This document shows, one piece after another, positions 8,773 to 18,699 of a DNA stretch of 24,921 bases. The position numbers were made by a program, and so were the translations under genes. The stretch's first letter is position 1. Every line of letters starts with the position of its first letter. The DNA is from a virus (lineage: Duplodnaviria; Caudoviricetes), in the IMG/VR virus record IMGVR_UViG_3300012940_000101, positions 1 through 24,921 of that record. One strand, given 5' to 3'. The notes under the pieces were generated by a model. The model was not told the DNA's origin and did not search any database. It saw only the letters and a program-made list of their open reading frames with translations.

Positions 8773-9654
8773 ATGGCCAGGCTCTCTTGGGACAAGGTCG
8801 GTGAGCGGTACTACGAGACCGGTGTCGACCGTGGCGTCCTCTACCTCCCTGACTCTCAGGGCGCATACACGACGGGCTACGCCTGGAACGGTCTGACGAC
8901 CGTAACCGAGTCGCCCTCGGGCGCCGAGTCCAACCCGCAGTACGCGGACAACATCAAGTATCTGAACCTCATCTCGACTGAGGAGTTCGGCGGGACCATC
9001 GAGGCGTTCACCTACCCGGACGCCTTCGCCGAGTGTGATGGTACGGCCACCCCGACGCCGGGTGTCGGTATCGGTCAGCAGACCCGGAAGACGTTTGGTC
9101 TCTGCTACCGCACCAAGGTCGGCAACGACCTGGATGGTCAGGACCACGGCTACAAGCTGCATCTGGTCTACGGCGCTCTCGCGGCGCCTTCGGAGAAGGA
9201 ATATTCCACGATCAACGACTCGCCTGAGGCGATCACCCTCAGCTGGGAGTTCACCACCACGCCGGTCGAGGTGGGCACCATCGCCGGTGTCACCTACAAG
9301 CCGACGTCGAACATCGTGATCGACTCGACCAAGGTCGACGCCGAGGCGCTGGAGACACTGGAGGAGTTCCTCTACGGCACCGTGGGTTCGGATCCGTCGC
9401 TTCCGTTGCCCGCGGCTGTCATCGCGATCTTCTCCAGCACCGTGACCGAGGTTTCTCCGGTGCCGCCTTCCTACGACGACGCCACTCACACGATCACGAT
9501 CCCGACTGTCACCGGCGTCGAGTACTACATCAACGGCGTTCTGGTCACTGGCGAGGTCATCATCAACCAGGACACGCTCGTCACGGCTCGGCCGGCGATC
9601 GGTTACAAGTTCCCGGCACTCGTCGACGTCGACTGGCTCATCAAGTACAGCTGA
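8773..9654 (+). CDS. Major tail protein with C-terminal Ig-like domain
   Basis: YETGVDRGVLY...AWNGLTTVTESPSGAE...YADNIKY...TIEAFTYP tail-tube pattern. Strong GGAGCGAGGAG RBS and strongly C/G-ending codons. Confidence 0.88.
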   Translation: MARLSWDKVGERYYETGVDRGVLYLPDSQGAYTTGYAWNGLTTVTESPSGAESNPQYADNIKYLNLISTEEFGGTIEAFTYPDAFAECDGTATPTPGVGIGQQTRKTFGLCYRTKVGNDLDGQDHGYKLHLVYGALAAPSEKEYSTINDSPEAITLSWEFTTTPVEVGTIAGVTYKPTSNIVIDSTKVDAEALETLEEFLYGTVGSDPSLPLPAAVIAIFSSTVTEVSPVPPSYDDATHTITIPTVTGVEYYINGVLVTGEVIINQDTLVTARPAIGYKFPALVDVDWLIKYS

Positions 9655-9681
9655 CAAGTCGTCTGAAAGGAGGTCCAGGGA

Positions 9682-10218
9682 GTGCTTGTCGTCAAAGTTC
9701 CTATGGAGGAGTCGCTCGTTGGGAACGAGTTCGTCGTCACGGAGTCTTTCAAGCTGGAACTCGAGCACTCCCTGGTCTCTCTGTCAAAATGGGAGTCAAA
9801 GTTCGAAAAACCCTTCCTCGGTAGGGAAGAAAAGACTCCTGAAGAATCCCTCTGGTATGTGAAAGCCATGACGCTCACACCAGATGTTCCGGAGCAGGTC
9901 TACCAGAACCTCACTCAGGAGAATCTGGATGAGATCGCCGCCTATATCAACGCCAAGATGACGGCGACCTGGTTCAACGAGAGGGAACAACAACGCCCGA
10001 GTCGAGAGATCATCACTGCCGAGCTGATTTACTACTGGATGATCAGCCACGGCATTCCTTTCGAGTGTCAGCACTGGCATCTTAACCGCCTTCTGACACT
10101 CATTAAGGTCTGCAACATCAAGAATTCTCCTCCGAAGAAGACGTCTAGGGCAGAGATGATCGCCCAACGTCGCAAACTGAATGCTCAGCGGAGGAGTATG
10201 TACGGAACCAGCGGGTGA
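9682..10218 (+). CDS. Tail assembly chaperone-like protein (178 aa, single ORF)
   Basis: Follows the major tail gene. [12 protein letters not shown] and YYWM...[10 protein letters not shown] motifs. AAAGGAGG RBS. Confidence 0.6.
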   Translation: MLVVKVPMEESLVGNEFVVTESFKLELEHSLVSLSKWESKFEKPFLGREEKTPEESLWYVKAMTLTPDVPEQVYQNLTQENLDEIAAYINAKMTATWFNEREQQRPSREIITAELIYYWMISHGIPFECQHWHLNRLLTLIKVCNIKNSPPKKTSRAEMIAQRRKLNAQRRSMYGTSG

Positions 10219-10232
10219 AAGGAGGTTGTTGA

Positions 10233-11021
10233 GTGCCCAGATTGACTTGGGGCAGTCCCGGAACCCGGGCGTTCGAGACCGGCGTCGATCGTGGCGTTAT
10301 TTACGTCGGGAATCAACCTGGGATTCCCTGGGTTGGATTGACCTCCGTCGATGAATCGCCCGATGGTGGAGGCACCAAGTCGTACTACTTCGACGGCGTC
10401 AAGTACGCCCACACGACGGCCTCCGAGGAGTTCTCGGCGACCATTACAGCCTACACCTATCCGGAGATCTTTGCTCATTGCGACGGTACTGCCCAGCTGA
10501 GAACCGGACTTTTCCTTACTCAGCAGAAACGGAAGACGTTCGGCTTGAGCTACCGGACCAGGGTGGGGAATGACCAGGACCCGGAGCGTGGGTACAAGAT
10601 CCACATCGTTTACAACGCGCTGGCTGAACCTTCGCAGAGGAACTACTCCTCGGTCGGGGAGACGGCGGAACCCGTCGAGTTCAGCTGGACTGTGACGACT
10701 CGTCCTCCGGTGATTCCAGGTTACAAGCCGACGGCGCATGTCGTAATCGACTCGAGAAGTACTGACGCAGACGTGTTGAAAGCCGTGGAGGATGCGCTTT
10801 ACGGCGATGACGAGAACACGGCCAGACTTCCCACTCTGGACGATATTCTCGCCATGTACGACGCGTTCTACCACTTCGAGGTTACGGATCTCGGCGATGG
10901 CGTATACACCATTTCCGGTCCGGATGAAGCGATCACGCTTCTCGAGAACAACATGATTCAGTTCGACTGGCATACGGTGGTTCAGGTCGACGAAGAAACA
11001 TACACCATCAGTTCGGGGTAG
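10233..11021 (+). CDS. Second major-tail-protein-family paralogue (262 aa)
   Basis: Aligns by eye with 8773..9654 (RLxW, ETGVDRGV, WxGLTxVxESP, EEF..TI.A.TYP, RKTFGL.YRT.VGND, GYK.H.VY.ALA.PS, YKPT...IDS) and has a different C-terminus. Confidence 0.85.
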   Translation: MPRLTWGSPGTRAFETGVDRGVIYVGNQPGIPWVGLTSVDESPDGGGTKSYYFDGVKYAHTTASEEFSATITAYTYPEIFAHCDGTAQLRTGLFLTQQKRKTFGLSYRTRVGNDQDPERGYKIHIVYNALAEPSQRNYSSVGETAEPVEFSWTVTTRPPVIPGYKPTAHVVIDSRSTDADVLKAVEDALYGDDENTARLPTLDDILAMYDAFYHFEVTDLGDGVYTISGPDEAITLLENNMIQFDWHTVVQVDEETYTISSG

Positions 11022-11033
11022 AAAGGAGGTTTT

Positions 11034-11780
11034 GTGGGCTACACTCCGGCGTTGATCGATGACTTCGACGACGATATTCTCGACACCAACAAGTGGACGA
11101 TCACTCAGAGTCCGGGCGCCACGGAATCCGATGGAACCCTGAACATGGCTTGTGTCGCGGACTACCCGAGAGTCGAGGGAAGCGCCCTCTACGATCTCAC
11201 CAGTGGTATTCTCGCGGCGAAGCTCTCCGCTTCGGGGACTCGATCTTCTGGCACCGAGTTCTATATTGGCGCCAGAGATGGATCTGGAAACGCGGTCTCT
11301 GCACTGGGAACCCCTCTCACTGCTTACGTCGCCTTCCAACCCAGCGGATCCGCAACCATCAGTAACGAGGAGATCATCGACACTGAGGTAGGCGTAGGAC
11401 CGAACTGGGTGGACGGAACCTGGTGGGGAATTGGAAACATGGGGAACGACAATGTCGTCCGCATGTACAACTCCCCCGATGGCGAAACCTGGTACGAGAT
11501 GGCCAACTGCAAGGTCGGCGGGACGTTCGATAAGTCCCACGCCGGTCTTGTGTTCATGGCTGGCGTTTGGGATGGCACCACTCCAGACCTGGTCGCGCAT
11601 TTCGACGACGCAACCTACTGGGTCGTCGAATCACTCTCGTATCAGAAGAGGAGGGTACGCAGCGGAGGAGTCTGGGTCTACGCGACTCCCAAGGTTCGTG
11701 TGAATGGGGAGTGGGTTGTGGCATCCCCCAAGCCCAAGATCGATGGCGAATGGTTCCTTCCTTGGAAGTCTGACGCCTAA
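11034..11780 (+). CDS. Minor tail/fibre-associated protein: probable lectin-like beta-sandwich plus C-terminal Trp-containing triple repeat
   Basis: DDFDDDILDTNKW start typical of ConA/LamG-like folds. C-terminal RVRSGGVW / KVRVNGEW / KPKIDGEW repeats. GAAAGGAGG RBS. Confidence 0.6.
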   Translation: MGYTPALIDDFDDDILDTNKWTITQSPGATESDGTLNMACVADYPRVEGSALYDLTSGILAAKLSASGTRSSGTEFYIGARDGSGNAVSALGTPLTAYVAFQPSGSATISNEEIIDTEVGVGPNWVDGTWWGIGNMGNDNVVRMYNSPDGETWYEMANCKVGGTFDKSHAGLVFMAGVWDGTTPDLVAHFDDATYWVVESLSYQKRRVRSGGVWVYATPKVRVNGEWVVASPKPKIDGEWFLPWKSDA

Positions 11781-11803
11781 GATAAGAGGAAGAGGGTATA
11801 TTT

Positions 11804-12676
11804 ATGGCTACAGTAACCGTGCTGGACGCCACCAGGACCCTGCAGATCGAAGCTGCATCGATCGTGGGTGGCTACATCAACAGCGAGGGCCACCTTGTTC
11901 TCCAGAAGCACGACGAGACGGAAGTCGATCTGGGTCCAGTCTCGAGCATGAGGTACTACGATGGCGAGGAGTACCAACCCGTCGAGACATATTCTTACAT
12001 CGGGTCTGCTGACCCCGGTGCCGTACCCGACGGAACTGTCTGGTTCGACACCAACGACGTCGGAGGTCCTTCGGCGACGACTTCTCAGAAGGGGCTCGTC
12101 GAGCTCGCGACCGACGCTGAGACCGCCGCTGGTACCGACAACACCCGAGCCGTCACTCCTGCTGGACTGAACGCCGCTGTTTCAGCGACATATTTGAAGC
12201 TGGAAGGAGGGAACGTCACTGGAACGATCGAAGGAGCCATCGCTTCCGCAGGAACTCCTTTTTTGGGTACTCTCCTGAGCGGCGAGGTCTTCGACCGAGC
12301 GCGTCTGTATCCTGACGGTTCTCTCGAATTCGGTCCTGGGAACGCCGCTCGCGACATCAAGTTGCTTCGCCTCGGCGCGAACCGCTTCGGTATCCAAGGT
12401 GGAGATTTTGTAGTCGACACCGTAGGGCGAGGAATCAGGATCGCTGAGGGCACGAACGCCAGGATGGGTACTGCGACGCTGGTCGCTGGTACCGCTACGG
12501 TGAACACCGCTGCGGTCACGTCCAACAGTCGCATATTTCTGACGGCTCAGAACGCGGGCGGCACACCAGGGGCTCTTTATGTTAGCGCACGAACGCCTGG
12601 AACGTCGTTCACCATCGCTTCGACCAGCAACACCGACACGAGTCTGGTGGCTTGGGAGATCAAGGAACCGGCTTAG
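11804..12676 (+). CDS. Tail fibre-like protein (290 aa)
   Basis: Phage tail-fibre repeat ATTSQKGLVELATDAETAAGTDNTRAVTP, an ADP..DGTVWF motif, and a Thr/Ala-rich beta C-terminal domain. Confidence 0.7.
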   Translation: MATVTVLDATRTLQIEAASIVGGYINSEGHLVLQKHDETEVDLGPVSSMRYYDGEEYQPVETYSYIGSADPGAVPDGTVWFDTNDVGGPSATTSQKGLVELATDAETAAGTDNTRAVTPAGLNAAVSATYLKLEGGNVTGTIEGAIASAGTPFLGTLLSGEVFDRARLYPDGSLEFGPGNAARDIKLLRLGANRFGIQGGDFVVDTVGRGIRIAEGTNARMGTATLVAGTATVNTAAVTSNSRIFLTAQNAGGTPGALYVSARTPGTSFTIASTSNTDTSLVAWEIKEPA

Positions 12677-12691
12677 ATCAAGGGAGAAGTC

Positions 12692-13069
12692 ATGATTTCG
12701 TTCGCAGTCCGCCGTTCGGGCAAGCGAACGGAAGACTCTCTCAGAAGATTGCAGCGAGGTGATATTTACAAGAGTCTCGATTCGGCAGCTCAGGAAGGCG
12801 TCAGGGCTCTGGCGTCTTCCACGCCGGTCGACACAGGACTTGCCGAGGATTCCTGGGGCTACGAGATCGAATATTCTCGCGGCCGGGTGACCATTCGGTG
12901 GACGAACAGTGACATCGAGAACGGCTTCCCCGTTGCCATCATGCTTCAGTACGGCTATGGGACTGGAACGGGCGGCTACGTACAGGGTCGTGACTACATC
13001 AACCCGGCCATGAGGCCAGTATTCGACCGTATTGCAGATCAGGTTTGGAAGGCGGTGACAATGGTATGA
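12692..13069 (+). CDS. HK97 gp10-like neck/tail-completion protein
   Basis: TPVDTGL...SW and LQYGYGT...YINPAM motifs characteristic of the gp10-like family. Confidence 0.7.
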   Translation: MISFAVRRSGKRTEDSLRRLQRGDIYKSLDSAAQEGVRALASSTPVDTGLAEDSWGYEIEYSRGRVTIRWTNSDIENGFPVAIMLQYGYGTGTGGYVQGRDYINPAMRPVFDRIADQVWKAVTMV

Positions 13070-16000
13070 GCAGCATCGACGAGCGCGTCGTTCAAATGAG
13101 GTTTGAGGACGCCGAGTTTCGGCGTGGTGTCCAGCAAACTCTCAATGCTCTAAATCAGTTGAACCAAGCACTGAAGCTTCAGGGCGCTACGCAAGGTTTT
13201 CAGGAAGTCGCCGCCGCGAGTCGGCAGTTCGACGTCAACATGTCCCGCAACAGGGACGCTATGGGTCGCTTCACCGCGAGTATGGCTCAGGTGACCACGG
13301 CGACGACCCAGTTCGATCAAAATGTAGGTAGAAACCGTGACTCGCTCGGACGCTTCACCGCTTCGGTCGAGCAAGTCTCGACATCTACCAACGGTTTTTC
13401 CCAGAAGATCGAGTCGAGCAAAGAGAAGATCGAGCGTTTCGCCACCGGCGTTTCCTCCGCCATCCAGACCTTCGGTGAAAAGATCAACCTGGGTAGGGAG
13501 CACGTCAACAGCTTCGCCGACAAGCTCAACGACATCGGCAAGGAAGCTGACAAGCAAAACGGCGCCCTCAAGAGGATAGGCGACAACGTCCAGAACATAG
13601 CGAGTCGGTTCACTAAGCTCGGTACCGTAGCCACCGGCGCGCTCATGAACATCGGCGCCAGGGCTCAGGAAGCCGGTATGCGGATGCTCAACTCGTTTAG
13701 TTTCGGACCCATCATGGATGGTTTTCGAGAGTACGAGCTGAACATCAACTCGATCCAGACGATCCTCGCCAATACTCAGGCCGCTGGTACCACTCTGAAA
13801 GACGTCACTGGCGCTCTTGACCAGCTGAACACCTACGCCGACCAGACCATCTACAACTTCGCCGAGATGACGAGGAACATCGGTACCTTCACGGCCGCCG
13901 GCGTTGGTCTGAAGGAGTCGGTCGCCGCAATCAAGGGTATTGCCAACCTCGCCGCCATCTCCGGCTCCAATTCGGAGCAGGCTGCTGGCGCTATGTACCA
14001 GCTTTCACAGGCCATCGCTGCGAACCGGGTCACCCTGGAGGACTGGAACTCGGTAGTCAACGCTGGTATGGGCGGTACTGTCTTCCAGCGCGCCCTCGCG
14101 CAGACAGCTGTTGCGCTCGGAAAGCTTGACAAGAATGCGGTCAAGCTGGACGGCGCGATGAAGAACGTCACCGTAAACGGCAAGTCCTTCCGCGAATCCA
14201 TATCTGCGGAGAACGGAAAGTCGTGGTTGGACTCCGAGGTCCTCACCAAGACCTTGGCCCAGTTCACCGGTGATCTTAAGGATGCCGATCTTGCTGCTAT
14301 GGGTTTCAACAAGCATCAGATCAAGGCCATCCAGGAACAGGCCAAGATGGCAAAAGCAGCCGCCACCGAGGTCAAGACGCTATCTCACCTGTTCGACACC
14401 TTCAAGGAGCAGCTCGGCTCCGGATGGGCTCAGACCTGGCAGATCATATTTGGTGACTTCGCCGAAGCTAAGGGGCTCTTCACTGGCATCAGCAACTCTG
14501 TTGGCGATATGCTGCAGAAGTCTTCGGACGCCAGGAACAAGATGCTCCAGGACTGGAAGTCGTTCGGTGGACGAGATGCTCTGATCAAGGGTATCACCAA
14601 CGTATTCCAGGCCCTGGTCGGGGTTCTCAAGCCCGTCAAGGACGCCTTCCGGGAGATATTTCCTCCCACCACTGGTAAGCAACTCGCCGAGATGACGAAG
14701 TCGTTCCGGGACTTCACCGAACGACTCAAGATTGGTAGTGATACTGCTGAGAAATTGAAGCGCACCTTCGCTGGCGTCTTCGCCATATTTGGTCTGGCGT
14801 GGGACGTCATCAAGGGTGTCGTTGGTGTTATATTTGATCTGGTTGGTGCCGCTTCAAAGGGTTCTGGCGGAATCCTCAGCTTTACCGCCAAGATCGGAGA
14901 CTTCCTCGTAGCCATCCGCAAGGGCATCAAGGAAGGAAAGGGGCTCACCAACTTCTTCAAGGGTTTGGGCGATATTCTTGCCGTGCCCATCAAGTTGGTC
15001 GTGAAGCTTGGCGAGCTTCTCGGAAAGCTGTTTAAGGACACCGACACCAAGGGCGTTGAGAAGAGCGTCGAAAACCTCTCGGCCAAGCTCGATCCTCTCG
15101 GGAAGATCGGAGAGGTGGTCTCTAAGGTCTGGGGGAAGGTTCTCACGGTCATGAAGAACGTGGCGAACGTCTTCAGGGATCTTGGCGATCGCATCTCACG
15201 TGTCTTCGAGGGGCTGGGTCTCGACATCTCCACGATGTTCAGCGGCTTGGACTACGGGAAGATCTTGGCAGGAATCAACACCGGCCTCTTCGCTGGTCTG
15301 GTTCTCATGTTCAAGAACTTCTTCGACAGCTTCGACGACGGGCCGTCTGGCCTCCTCGACAAGCTGAGCGAGGGGGTCGAGAACCTGACCGACGCCATCG
15401 GGGCGATGCAGGATACTCTTCGCGCGGCGACTCTGCTTCAGATCGCCGTTGCGATCGGAATTCTGGCCGTCTCGATGAATATCCTCTCGAAGATCGACGC
15501 GGACGGTCTTACAAGGGCTTCCGCTGCTATGGCTGGCCTGTTCACCCAGCTGATTGGCGCTCTTCTGGTCTTCGAGAAGCTCTCAAGCTTCAAGGGTTTC
15601 GCCAAGATGCCCTTCGTTGCTGCTTCGATGATTCTCCTGTCCACAGCCATCGTTATTCTTGCTCAGGCTGTGGAAGACCTCGCAGCTCTGAATTGGAAGG
15701 AGCTTGCTAAGGGTCTTACCGGCACGGTGGTGCTTCTCGCCGCAGTCGGCGGCGTGACGCAGCTGATCAAGAACCCCGGCGGTCTTATTTCCGTGGGGCT
15801 CGGTATGATCGCCATCGGTGCCGCCATCAAGATCCTCGCGAGCGCTGCCAAGGACATGGCCGCGTTGAACTGGGAGGAGATCGGGAAGGGACTTCTCGGG
15901 GTCGGAACGCTCCTCACGTCCCTGGCTATATTTACAAGATTCGGCAACATCAACAAAGCCGGACTTATGCAGGGAGCCGGGATCATATTGCTTGCGACCG

Positions 16001-18699
16001 GGCTCAAGATTCTTGCCAGCGCGACCAAGGACTTCGCCAAGATGTCCTGGGATGAGATCGGAAGAGGACTCGCCGCGCTCTCCGGCGGTCTTGTGTTGGT
16101 CGCCGGCGCGCTCAAGCTCATCCCGCCGACGGCTCCTCTTGCTGCCGCCGGTATTCTCCTGACTTCGCTTTCTCTGGGGATGGTTGCGGACGCCCTCAAG
16201 AAGATGGCGAAGATGAGCTGGTCAGACATCGGTAAGAGTCTTACGACCATGCTCGGCGTTCTCACCCTCATCACGGCGGCTCTGTATGTCATTCCGCCCA
16301 CCGCACCTCTTGGCGCTGCCGGGATATTTACCACGGTTCTGGCACTTAAGCAGGTGTCTGATGTTCTGAAGGAGATGTCTCAGTACTCCTGGGAAGAGAT
16401 CGGCAAGTCCATGGTCATGCTCGCCGGTACTCTCGGGATCATATCTGGCGCGCTTCTTCTTTCGTCCGGCGCTCTTTCAGGAGCAGCGGCAATCATCGTC
16501 ATCGCTGGTGCACTTGGCATCCTTCAGCCGGTGCTGCTGTCGTTCAGCCAGATGTCGTGGGAGGAGATCGGAAAAGGTCTTCTCATGCTCGCCGGTGCTC
16601 TTACGGTTATCGGTGTCGCTGGCGCGCTTCTGGCACCTGTGGTGCCGGCAATCCTGGGGCTTGGCGCCGGTATCGCCCTTCTGGGCGTCGGCCTTGCGGC
16701 CGCAGGTGCTGGAACACTCTTGTTCGCAACAGCTCTGACTGCGCTGGCCGCAGCTGGCGGCGCGGCTGTAGCCGTGGTCGTCGGTATCGTGACAGGTCTG
16801 ATAGACCTCATCCCTCGCTTCATGAAGAGAGTGGGCGAGGGGCTGGTCGAATTCGCCAAGGTTATCGAGAAATCCGGCCCGGCTATTACCAAGGCTCTGG
16901 TCGTGGTTATCGAATCGCTTATTTCTGCGATCACAACGCTTACGCCCAAGATCGTGGACGCGCTTCTGAGAATGCTCACAATGATGCTTCAGAAGATGTC
17001 TCAGTATATTCCACGGATGGTGGATGCTGGTCTGAAGCTTCTGAACGGTATTCTCAGGGGTATCTCGAACAACATCGGAAAGGTTCTGGACACCGCGACG
17101 AAGGTCGTTGTGAACTTCATCAACGGCGTTGGAAGGAATCTTCCGAAGGTTGTCGACGCCGGTGTGAAGCTCATCATCAACTTCGTCAATGGCGTCGCCA
17201 AGGCGATCGATCGGAATTCTACGGCCCTTGGTCAGGCTGGTGGTCGCCTAGGCGTGGCCATCGTCAAGGGTATGGCCAAGGGCATAATGGGCGGTCTCGG
17301 CGAGATCAAGAACGCCGCAATGAGCGTCGCACGTACTGCGCTCAACAGCGCTAAGAACTACCTCGGTATTCATTCTCCTTCGAAGGAGTTCGAGAAGGTT
17401 GGTAAGTTCGTTGTCGACGGTTTCCGCAAGGGGCTCGACGGCAACAAGGAGCAGATCAACAAGGCGTTCAGCGATCTCAAGACGATGATCAGTGATGCCA
17501 GGAAGGCTGCTTCTGAGGACGTCACCAAGCTCGAGGCGAAGCTCAAGAAGCTCAATTCGGCTCGTAAGAAGGACTGGGGTGAGATTCGTAAGACCAAGAA
17601 CGAACTCGCTCAGGCCAGGAAGGAAGTTAAGGCCACAAGCGCCGCCTACACCGAGCTGACCAAGAACCTTGTCAACAAAAAGACGGAACTTGGAAAGCTC
17701 GCCGACAAGTACGACCAGTACACCGAGAAGATCAAGTCTGCCCAGGAGGCGTACGACAATGCGGTGAAGACTCGCGACGACTATCGCAAGTCCATTACCG
17801 AGCAGTACTCCGACATGGAGACGCCGACCGGTGAGACCCAGCTGACCGACTATATTTCGAATCTGAAGAAGCAGATCGAGGACACCAAGCAGTTCTCGAA
17901 TGTGCTTCAGAGGCTTCGTGCGTTCGGTCTGAACGACGAGACGTACAAGGACCTTCTCACTGCGGGTACGAGTGCCCTCCCGTTCATGGAGCAGCTTCTC
18001 GACAGCGGCAAGGACGGTATCGCGGAGCTGAACCAGCTGGCGAAGGAGCTGGACGAGGCCGGTGGGCACCTCGGCAAGACGGCTTCTACGAGTCTGTACC
18101 AGGCGGCAGTCGACTCTGCAAAGGGCTTCCTCGACGGGCTCAAGAAGGAGCAGGCGAACATCGAGAAGCAAATGGACAAGATCGCCGACGGGATGGTCAA
18201 AGCCATCAAGAAGAAGCTGGGCATCAAGTCTCCTTCGCGGGTCTTCATGGAGATCGGCGAATATTCTGCGGAGGGGCTTGTCAAGGGCGTGGACAAAATG
18301 TCCGGTGTTGTCGAGAATTCGGCGACTCGTGCCGGTTCTGCGGCAGTCGAAGCTCTTCGGAAGTCTATCTCCGGGTTCTCCGACCTCGTCAGCAGCGATC
18401 TCGACTCGAAGCTAGTCATCACCCCGGTGCTGGATCTCTCCAGCGTCCGTAAGGATGCCGCTCAGGTCGGTAGGATGTTTGAGGCTCAACCGATCAAGGT
18501 GGACTCGGCATATTCCAAGGCGAAGTACGTCGCTTCTCAGTACGCATCCAATCAGACGGCTAGGGAGGAACTGGCTACAACACCCAACCTTATTTCCTAC
18601 GTTCAGAACAACTACTCGCCGAAGGCTCTGTCCTCGGCTGAGATCTACCGTCAGACCAAGAATCAGTTGTCTACGATGAAGGGAGCTCTGACGACGTAA
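13066..18699 (+). CDS. Tape measure protein (1877 aa)
   Basis: ATGA overlap with the upstream stop. Very long Ala/Gly/Leu-rich helical protein with a tape-measure domain (YADQTIYNFAEMT...AMYQLSQA), repeated MSWxEIG units, and GIHSPS/GIKSPSRVF motifs. Confidence 0.95.
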   Translation: MSSIDERVVQMRFEDAEFRRGVQQTLNALNQLNQALKLQGATQGFQEVAAASRQFDVNMSRNRDAMGRFTASMAQVTTATTQFDQNVGRNRDSLGRFTASVEQVSTSTNGFSQKIESSKEKIERFATGVSSAIQTFGEKINLGREHVNSFADKLNDIGKEADKQNGALKRIGDNVQNIASRFTKLGTVATGALMNIGARAQEAGMRMLNSFSFGPIMDGFREYELNINSIQTILANTQAAGTTLKDVTGALDQLNTYADQTIYNFAEMTRNIGTFTAAGVGLKESVAAIKGIANLAAISGSNSEQAAGAMYQLSQAIAANRVTLEDWNSVVNAGMGGTVFQRALAQTAVALGKLDKNAVKLDGAMKNVTVNGKSFRESISAENGKSWLDSEVLTKTLAQFTGDLKDADLAAMGFNKHQIKAIQEQAKMAKAAATEVKTLSHLFDTFKEQLGSGWAQTWQIIFGDFAEAKGLFTGISNSVGDMLQKSSDARNKMLQDWKSFGGRDALIKGITNVFQALVGVLKPVKDAFREIFPPTTGKQLAEMTKSFRDFTERLKIGSDTAEKLKRTFAGVFAIFGLAWDVIKGVVGVIFDLVGAASKGSGGILSFTAKIGDFLVAIRKGIKEGKGLTNFFKGLGDILAVPIKLVVKLGELLGKLFKDTDTKGVEKSVENLSAKLDPLGKIGEVVSKVWGKVLTVMKNVANVFRDLGDRISRVFEGLGLDISTMFSGLDYGKILAGINTGLFAGLVLMFKNFFDSFDDGPSGLLDKLSEGVENLTDAIGAMQDTLRAATLLQIAVAIGILAVSMNILSKIDADGLTRASAAMAGLFTQLIGALLVFEKLSSFKGFAKMPFVAASMILLSTAIVILAQAVEDLAALNWKELAKGLTGTVVLLAAVGGVTQLIKNPGGLISVGLGMIAIGAAIKILASAAKDMAALNWEEIGKGLLGVGTLLTSLAIFTRFGNINKAGLMQGAGIILLATGLKILASATKDFAKMSWDEIGRGLAALSGGLVLVAGALKLIPPTAPLAAAGILLTSLSLGMVADALKKMAKMSWSDIGKSLTTMLGVLTLITAALYVIPPTAPLGAAGIFTTVLALKQVSDVLKEMSQYSWEEIGKSMVMLAGTLGIISGALLLSSGALSGAAAIIVIAGALGILQPVLLSFSQMSWEEIGKGLLMLAGALTVIGVAGALLAPVVPAILGLGAGIALLGVGLAAAGAGTLLFATALTALAAAGGAAVAVVVGIVTGLIDLIPRFMKRVGEGLVEFAKVIEKSGPAITKALVVVIESLISAITTLTPKIVDALLRMLTMMLQKMSQYIPRMVDAGLKLLNGILRGISNNIGKVLDTATKVVVNFINGVGRNLPKVVDAGVKLIINFVNGVAKAIDRNSTALGQAGGRLGVAIVKGMAKGIMGGLGEIKNAAMSVARTALNSAKNYLGIHSPSKEFEKVGKFVVDGFRKGLDGNKEQINKAFSDLKTMISDARKAASEDVTKLEAKLKKLNSARKKDWGEIRKTKNELAQARKEVKATSAAYTELTKNLVNKKTELGKLADKYDQYTEKIKSAQEAYDNAVKTRDDYRKSITEQYSDMETPTGETQLTDYISNLKKQIEDTKQFSNVLQRLRAFGLNDETYKDLLTAGTSALPFMEQLLDSGKDGIAELNQLAKELDEAGGHLGKTASTSLYQAAVDSAKGFLDGLKKEQANIEKQMDKIADGMVKAIKKKLGIKSPSRVFMEIGEYSAEGLVKGVDKMSGVVENSATRAGSAAVEALRKSISGFSDLVSSDLDSKLVITPVLDLSSVRKDAAQVGRMFEAQPIKVDSAYSKAKYVASQYASNQTAREELATTPNLISYVQNNYSPKALSSAEIYRQTKNQLSTMKGALTT

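Noticed and set aside
9800-9815. Programmed -1 frameshift in the tail assembly chaperone (GAAAAACCC)
   Set aside because: It is not in X XXY YYZ phase, there is no overlapping downstream partner ORF, and the next gene has its own strong RBS.
3714-18422. Long minus-strand ORFs (for example 3714..4919, 6497..7438, 8737..9768, 10185..11600, 17248..18171)
   Set aside because: They lie antisense to well-supported + strand genes, show no recognisable motifs, and are the expected shadow of GC-rich codon bias.
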